DNA from: Candidatus Cloacimonadales bacterium
GTDB taxonomy: Bacteria; Cloacimonadota; Cloacimonadia; Cloacimonadales; DAONDQ01
Direction: 5' to 3'
DNA length: 64,000 nucleotides
Assembly (NCBI GenBank): GCA_963662275.1
Contig: OY759316.1
Span: 3,296,001-3,360,000, forward strand
A program made the translations under genes and the position numbers. Numbering within the stretch: position 1 is the first letter of the stretch; each line of letters starts with the position of its first letter. Below the pieces are notes generated by a model, which was given only the letters and a program-made list of their open reading frames with translations, ran no database searches and was not told the DNA's origin. Below, one piece after another: positions 58,905-64,000 of the stretch.

Positions 58905-59624
58905 ATGTCTTTAATCTATGTCCTGGATGATGAGCCTGATATTCTCGAGTTAGTCGAGTTGAATCTGACCAAAGCTGGCTTTGAAGCCCATTGCTTTGAA
59001 CGGGCAATTCCTTTACTACAGACCCTTAAGATAAAATTACCCGATCTTCTCATCCTTGACCTCATGCTACCAGACATAGACGGGATTGAAGTTTGCAGTC
59101 AAATTCGTCAACACCCAAAAATGAAAAGCCTTCCTGTTCTGATGTTAACTGCCAAAGTTGAAACTGATGAAAGGATTCATGGATTAGAAACCGGAGCTGA
59201 TGATTATCTTACAAAGCCATTTTCGCCTGGTGAACTAATTGCCCGAATCAAATCGATATTACGCCGCAAGGATTGGGAAACCGAAAACAATATACTGGAG
59301 ATAAGCTCTGATTTTCGTATTGATTTCAATTCATATGAAGTATTGATAGATGATAAACGTATCGATTTAACAAGAACAGAGTTCAAAATACTCCAATTGC
59401 TGACAAAACAACCTGGGAGAGTCTATAATCGCTCACAGATACTTGACTATCTTTGGGGAACCGACAAGATAGTGATAGATCGAACCATCGATGTCCATAT
59501 CAAACATCTACGAGAAAAGATTGGTCGTTTCGGTGAGTATATCCGTAATATTCGAAGTGTAGGATATAAATTTGAAATAGATTCCTGCAACGAAGAGAAA
59601 ATAGAAGAAAAAGATAATGAATAA
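58905..59624 (+). CDS. phoB: OmpR/PhoB-family response regulator
   Basis: LDDE, DLLILDLMLP, GADDYLTKPF, LTRTEF, DRTIDVHI; divergent from the pst operon. Confidence 0.85.
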   Translation: MSLIYVLDDEPDILELVELNLTKAGFEAHCFERAIPLLQTLKIKLPDLLILDLMLPDIDGIEVCSQIRQHPKMKSLPVLMLTAKVETDERIHGLETGADDYLTKPFSPGELIARIKSILRRKDWETENNILEISSDFRIDFNSYEVLIDDKRIDLTRTEFKILQLLTKQPGRVYNRSQILDYLWGTDKIVIDRTIDVHIKHLREKIGRFGEYIRNIRSVGYKFEIDSCNEEKIEEKDNE

Positions 59625-60789
59625 ACAAAAACCGATTTACAGAAGACCAATCCTTTGTCTTATCATATACTTGTTTTGCGTCCTATGTTTAATGGTATAT
59701 CCCCTACCTATCTTGTTTAGATTATCGATAATTTTCATATTATCAGTACTAATCATTCAAATCTGGAATCGGAATTACCAGCATCTCAATGTTCACAGGG
59801 AAGAACTTCGCATGGTAGCAAATACGATTGAGGATGCAATGTGGTCAATCAAGCCGAACGGAACGATTGAATGGATGAATCCTGCTTTCTTATCTATCTT
59901 TAACGCTTCTGAAGACCAGCGATATAAGAATTACACAGAGGTTATAAAGGTTCCTGTTGTTCGGCAATTTATCAGGGATTTTATGCAAAATCAAGAAGAA
60001 AGAATGTCCGAAGTAACTTTCGATGACCAATACTACCTCATTACAGGATCAATCAATCCCAATGCAGAGCGCATTGTCTTTATTATGCAGAATATCAATT
60101 TGATTCGACAAACCGAAAAGATGAAAAAGGATTTTATGGTCAATGTTGCCCATGAACTTCGCACCCCCCTGACTGCAATTAAAGGTTTTACTTTAGCCCT
60201 GGAAGAAGACTTTACAATAGACAACAAACGGTATTTGAAGATTATTAAGAACCATACAGACCGTCTTATTAATATGATCAGTGACTTGCAAACATTAGCA
60301 AAATTAGAACGTATGCCAGAATTGGATATCCAGGAGATTGACTTGAGAATATTCATGGAGAATATCATGGATATGTATGTACCTTCAATCCAGAAAGCAG
60401 GACTTTATCTGAAATACACCCAATATCCTGAAGATATACTCGTTAGTGTTGATCCCTTTAAATTTGAACAGATATTTGTTAACCTTATCGACAACGCTCT
60501 TCATTATACAGACAATGGGGGATTCAGCATTTCGGCAATAAAGACAGATAGCGATCTTACTATAGAAGTAGCGGATACCGGTAGTGGTATTTCTATTGAA
60601 CATATTTCAAGGATTTTTGAACGGTTTTATGTAGCTGATCCTTCCCGGAACAAGAAGATCAGCGGTACTGGTTTAGGATTGGCGATTGTGAAACATGCTG
60701 TTCTGTTGCATCATGGCAGTATTAATGTTTTGAGTGAGCCAAACAAAGGTACCCGTTTTACGATGATATTTCCTAATCAGTTTATTTAA
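59617..60789 (+). CDS. phoR: PhoR-like sensor histidine kinase
   Basis: Two N-terminal TM segments, PAS-like domain, NVAHELRTPL, NLIDNA, DTGSGI, FERFY and GTGLGLAIVKH. Confidence 0.85.
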   Translation: MNKQKPIYRRPILCLIIYLFCVLCLMVYPLPILFRLSIIFILSVLIIQIWNRNYQHLNVHREELRMVANTIEDAMWSIKPNGTIEWMNPAFLSIFNASEDQRYKNYTEVIKVPVVRQFIRDFMQNQEERMSEVTFDDQYYLITGSINPNAERIVFIMQNINLIRQTEKMKKDFMVNVAHELRTPLTAIKGFTLALEEDFTIDNKRYLKIIKNHTDRLINMISDLQTLAKLERMPELDIQEIDLRIFMENIMDMYVPSIQKAGLYLKYTQYPEDILVSVDPFKFEQIFVNLIDNALHYTDNGGFSISAIKTDSDLTIEVADTGSGISIEHISRIFERFYVADPSRNKKISGTGLGLAIVKHAVLLHHGSINVLSEPNKGTRFTMIFPNQFI

Positions 60790-60801
60790 GGATATTGAGA
60801 A

Positions 60802-61314
60802 ATGAATGATAGGTTCACTTCTAACATATTGATAACAGAGAATGAAAATCTTGTTTATTCTATTGCCAGGTCATACCAAATGAAAGGTATCCCTATTGAA
60901 GATATTACCCAGGAAGGTTTTATGGGTCTATTAGAAGCTCATCAGCACTTTGACCCATCCAAGCAAGCTAAATTCAGTACCTATGCCGTTTATTGGATAA
61001 AGAAGTATATCTTACTTGCTTTTGAAAAAGAAAATGATCATGGAAAAAAGATAAAAGATTCGTATTCCGATCTAAACGAGCAAAAAAAGCATAAGTACTC
61101 TCTTCAAGTATCAGATCAAGGATTCTCCAAACTGCTAAAATTGCCTCCAGATATGCCTGTCTTAGAAGAAAGTGTTATCCGGCTTAGTTATGAAAAGAAA
61201 ATGCCTATAAAAGAAATAGCTCTTCATCTGGATTTAACAAATGAGAAAGTTAGACAAATTAGGGAAAAGGCATTAAGAAGAATCAAATGTAAGCAATCCT
61301 CGTGCTTCCTCTGA
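60802..61314 (+). CDS. compact sigma-70 family factor (regions 2 and 4 only)
   Basis: Region 2 EDITQEGFMGLLEA..FDP....KFSTYAVYWIK; region 4 EIALHLDLTNEKVRQIREKALRRIK. Confidence 0.8.
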   Translation: MNDRFTSNILITENENLVYSIARSYQMKGIPIEDITQEGFMGLLEAHQHFDPSKQAKFSTYAVYWIKKYILLAFEKENDHGKKIKDSYSDLNEQKKHKYSLQVSDQGFSKLLKLPPDMPVLEESVIRLSYEKKMPIKEIALHLDLTNEKVRQIREKALRRIKCKQSSCFL

Positions 61315-61415
61315 TATTATGAACAAATCACAAGAAATTTAATGAGAGAAAAACCGATCATAACCGAACCAAGTCCCGGTTATCGTGCCGTAATGCTGCG
61401 GTAATTTCGGAGTTT

Positions 61416-61468
61416 TGTACCAGGTCAAATCTTCCGATATCCAGCCGTTTATCTACTTCCAGTTTTAA
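61416..61468 (+). repeat. right copy of the 53-bp direct repeat (displaced MBOAT 3' end)
   Basis: tgtaccaggtcaaatcttccgatatccagccgtttatctacttccagttttaa; encodes YQVKSSDIQPFIYFQF*. Confidence 0.92.
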
Positions 61469-61474
61469 TATTAT

Positions 61475-61554
61475 CGTGGAACTCTTAATTTATTGCGTTA
61501 TCCCCGTGGAACGCTTAATTTGTTGCGTTATCCCCATGGAACTCTTAATTTATT
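61475..61554. repeat. 30-bp tandem repeat (2.7 copies)
   Basis: Units like cgtggaactcttaatttattgcgttatccc start at 61475, 61505 and 61535. Confidence 0.8.
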
Positions 61555-61661
61555 AGGCTATGCTTTGACCGGAATGCTTCATTCATTGGCTTTGTGTTTG
61601 CCAGTTGAAATTGCATAGCCGTTTGAAAACAGCGTTCCGAGATTCCTAAAGAAATAACTAC

Positions 61662-64000
61662 CTATGCAAGCTCTTCTTTCTCGCTTTTATTGATTTCATC
61701 TAGAAACTCTAGCGATTCAATGGTTTTGGGATGTTGTTCACCAAGTTTTTCTCTGCGTATAGAGAGTGCCAGTTCATAATAATCCTTTGCCTGTTCATAA
61801 TTTTTCATATTTCGATAAGCATTGCCAATATTGAACAAGTTCAGAGCAACAACTGGATGCCTCTCTCCCAGTGTATCCTTGTTGATTGATAAAGCCTGGA
61901 ATAAATATTCCAGTGCTTTATCAAATTCAGCCCTATCCATATGAATACAACCAATATTGTTGAGGCTGCCAGTGATATTCGGGTGATGATTACCCAGGTT
62001 GTCCTTCAAGATTGACAATGCTTTCTGAGAATAATCAAGAGCTTGATCAAAAGCAGCTTTTTGATAGTAAACCATGCCAATACTGTTTAGGCTTAGAGCA
62101 GTGTTCAGATGATCGACACCCCAGATTTTCTGTTGTATGGAAAGCGCTTTTTGATGAAATTCAAAGGACTTATCAAAATTGCCTATTTTCTTAAAGTAAC
62201 TGCCAATATTATTATATGACACTGAAGTCTCCTGGTTCTCTTCTCCAAAAGCCTCAAGCCGAATAGATAACGCTTGCTGAAAATACTGATACGCTTTATC
62301 AAATATTCCCTTGTAATCATATGCAATACCAATGTTGTTTAAAATCTTAGCTGTTTCAGGGTGCCTCTCTCCATATACTTCCTGTCGAATTGCCAGTGAC
62401 TTCTGATAGTATTCCAGAGCTTTATCATATTCACCCATATTACAATAGACCGATCCTATATCATGATAACTTTCTGCTGTAGCGACATGCTTCTCACCTT
62501 GAAATTGCCTGTTTGAAAACAATGCAGACTCGTAATAGGATATACTGCTCTCAAAGTGAAATTGTCTCTTTTCATATTCACCGACTCTGTTGTAATATTG
62601 AACCGCTTTTTCCCATTCTCCGGCTTTATCAAAGTGTCTCGCCAGTTCCCCAAGCCTGGTGTTATCCTCAACATAGTGCTTTTCGATAATTTGTGCTGCA
62701 AGATAATGCAGTGATTTTATCTGTCTTTTTAGCTGCATTTCGTAGGCTGCTTCCCGTAGTAAGCTATGGCTGAAGATATATTTTATTTCGCTAATGGCAT
62801 TCCAGATATGTTCCTGTTCGCCTGCATGAAGTTGACTTTGAACGATGAGTTCATTGAGATATTCAGGACGTTGTTCGAGAGTTTCCAGCATCTCTTTGAG
62901 TATTTCCACAGCAAATTCACAACCGAGGACACTGGCTGTTTGCACAGTACGCTTGAGTTCAACTTCCAACCTATCCAAACGGGCTACCAGCAAAGATTGA
63001 ACTCCCATTGGTAATACTTCCGTCTGTTCCTTGAGTTGATAAAGTCCCTGAACGATATGCAATTTCCCGGATTCTTCCAGGTAACATACGAGTTGCTCAA
63101 CGAGGAAGGGATTTCCCTGAGAAATAGATAAGATATATTCAGTAAATTCCTCTCCAGGTGGAGTTTGTAGAATTTCTTCTATCAAAGCCATTACCTGCTG
63201 CTTGTTCAGACCATCCAGGTCAGTCGAGGTCGTATTCACATCCTTATCCAATTTAAGAACAGGTTTACTGCCGTCATCCAAAGGTCGGGATGTTAGAATG
63301 AATTTGAAAGGAACATTGTTAGCTCTCCTTGTAAGAATCGTGATAGTCTCTTCTGATTCTTTATCCAACCAATGCAAATCTTCAATGATTAGAACAACAG
63401 GTTTATCAAGCGTAAGCGTTTCCAATAAAGTTCTAAGGGCAAAACCCGTGACAGAAGATCGGTATTTAGGATCTAAATCAGCATAAATACTGCCTTCCCA
63501 TTCCAATCCTATCAGACCTGCAAGTACGGATTCAATCCTTTCAAGCTCTTTGATTAGACTTGGATACACAGCGAGAGATATGTTCCGTGTCTTTTCGATA
63601 AAACCAGCCCAATGAATTCGGAAATCTGTACGACGGGATTCAATGCTCCCCGTCAGTTCTGTAGTAAACAACTGTCTGATCCAATGAGCAAAAGGATTGA
63701 GAGGTGATCTGTGAATGGAATCGGTCTGCAGGAAAAAAGAACTGACTCTGTCGCCAAGTAGTTGTGTCAATTCAAAGACTAACCTGGATTTTCCTTGTCC
63801 TGCTGTACCATAGATGTAACTGACATGTGCAAATTGATGATCAAAAAGAAGATCGCAGGAGTTTGTTAAGTCTTTCAATTCCTGTTCCCTGCCGATAAAA
63901 CTACTCTGATAGTGCGAATGTGCTTTACTCTGTTCTCTTCCTAGCAACTTGTAGGTTCTGATTGGGTTCGGATAACCTTTCAAACTGATTTCTCCTAAAT
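61662..64000 (-). CDS. STAND-type AAA ATPase with C-terminal TPR repeats, probably fused to an adenylate/guanylate cyclase (5' end beyond the window)
   Basis: Frame is open to the window edge (LGEISLKGYPNP, typical of the end of a class III cyclase domain). Motifs FIGREQEL, Walker A GTAGQGKS, LIIEDLHWLD, GNPFLVEQ, and kinesin-light-chain-like TPRs (GERHPETAKILNNIG). Confidence 0.82.
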   Translation of the reverse strand, partial: LGEISLKGYPNPIRTYKLLGREQSKAHSHYQSSFIGREQELKDLTNSCDLLFDHQFAHVSYIYGTAGQGKSRLVFELTQLLGDRVSSFFLQTDSIHRSPLNPFAHWIRQLFTTELTGSIESRRTDFRIHWAGFIEKTRNISLAVYPSLIKELERIESVLAGLIGLEWEGSIYADLDPKYRSSVTGFALRTLLETLTLDKPVVLIIEDLHWLDKESEETITILTRRANNVPFKFILTSRPLDDGSKPVLKLDKDVNTTSTDLDGLNKQQVMALIEEILQTPPGEEFTEYILSISQGNPFLVEQLVCYLEESGKLHIVQGLYQLKEQTEVLPMGVQSLLVARLDRLEVELKRTVQTASVLGCEFAVEILKEMLETLEQRPEYLNELIVQSQLHAGEQEHIWNAISEIKYIFSHSLLREAAYEMQLKRQIKSLHYLAAQIIEKHYVEDNTRLGELARHFDKAGEWEKAVQYYNRVGEYEKRQFHFESSISYYESALFSNRQFQGEKHVATAESYHDIGSVYCNMGEYDKALEYYQKSLAIRQEVYGERHPETAKILNNIGIAYDYKGIFDKAYQYFQQALSIRLEAFGEENQETSVSYNNIGSYFKKIGNFDKSFEFHQKALSIQQKIWGVDHLNTALSLNSIGMVYYQKAAFDQALDYSQKALSILKDNLGNHHPNITGSLNNIGCIHMDRAEFDKALEYLFQALSINKDTLGERHPVVALNLFNIGNAYRNMKNYEQAKDYYELALSIRREKLGEQHPKTIESLEFLDEINKSEKEELA

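Larger units (their letters stand above)
52923..61468. mobile_element. putative integrated phosphate-acquisition island bounded by 53-bp direct repeats; no integrase inside
   Basis: Duplicated MBOAT 3' end at both borders, enclosing a self-contained arsC-phoU-pstBACS-porin / phoBR-sigma module. Confidence 0.65.

Noticed and set aside
52923..61468. DGR template/variable repeat pair at a gene 3' end
   Set aside because: There are only two mismatches, both synonymous and not adenine-specific on one strand. No reverse transcriptase is in the window, and the target is an MBOAT.

Overview
AT-rich bacterial chromosomal window. Gene content suggests a non-Bacteroidota FCB-group organism, probably Ca. 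Cloacimonadota; this is an inference from a SprA/Sov homologue, several secreted proteins ending in 'YPNPF...IYN.KGQ.V...K(M/I)LLLK' sorting domains, and GWxTD proteins. Housekeeping genes include purF (partial), plsY, der, priA, yraN, dnaE, an RNase II family gene, ltaE and coaX. Four features stand out. (1) An 8-gene minus-strand operon (24411->13949) encodes an outer-membrane protein, two TPR proteins, a small secreted peptide, ExbB, ExbD, ExbD and a TonB-like protein. Its gene order and motifs resemble the Myxococcus Agl-Glt core (gltC-gltD-gltF-aglR-aglQ-aglS-gltG), and one ExbD has Asn in place of the catalytic Asp. (2) An ~8.5-kb phosphate-acquisition island (arsC, phoU, pstBACS, porin, phoBR, a compact sigma factor) lies between two copies of a 53-bp repeat that is the 3' end of an MBOAT gene; the island has no integrase. 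(3) A cassette-like run of secreted CTD-bearing genes (2.5-9.4 kb) is separated by palindromic repeats, including a tandem array bounded by perfect 35-bp inverted repeats. (4) Scattered small elements include GTAG-type REP palindromes (two supply stop codons), 11-bp direct/inverted arrays, a candidate structured RNA and an orphan secretion-signal remnant. No rRNA, tRNA, CRISPR array, transposase or integrase was recognised.
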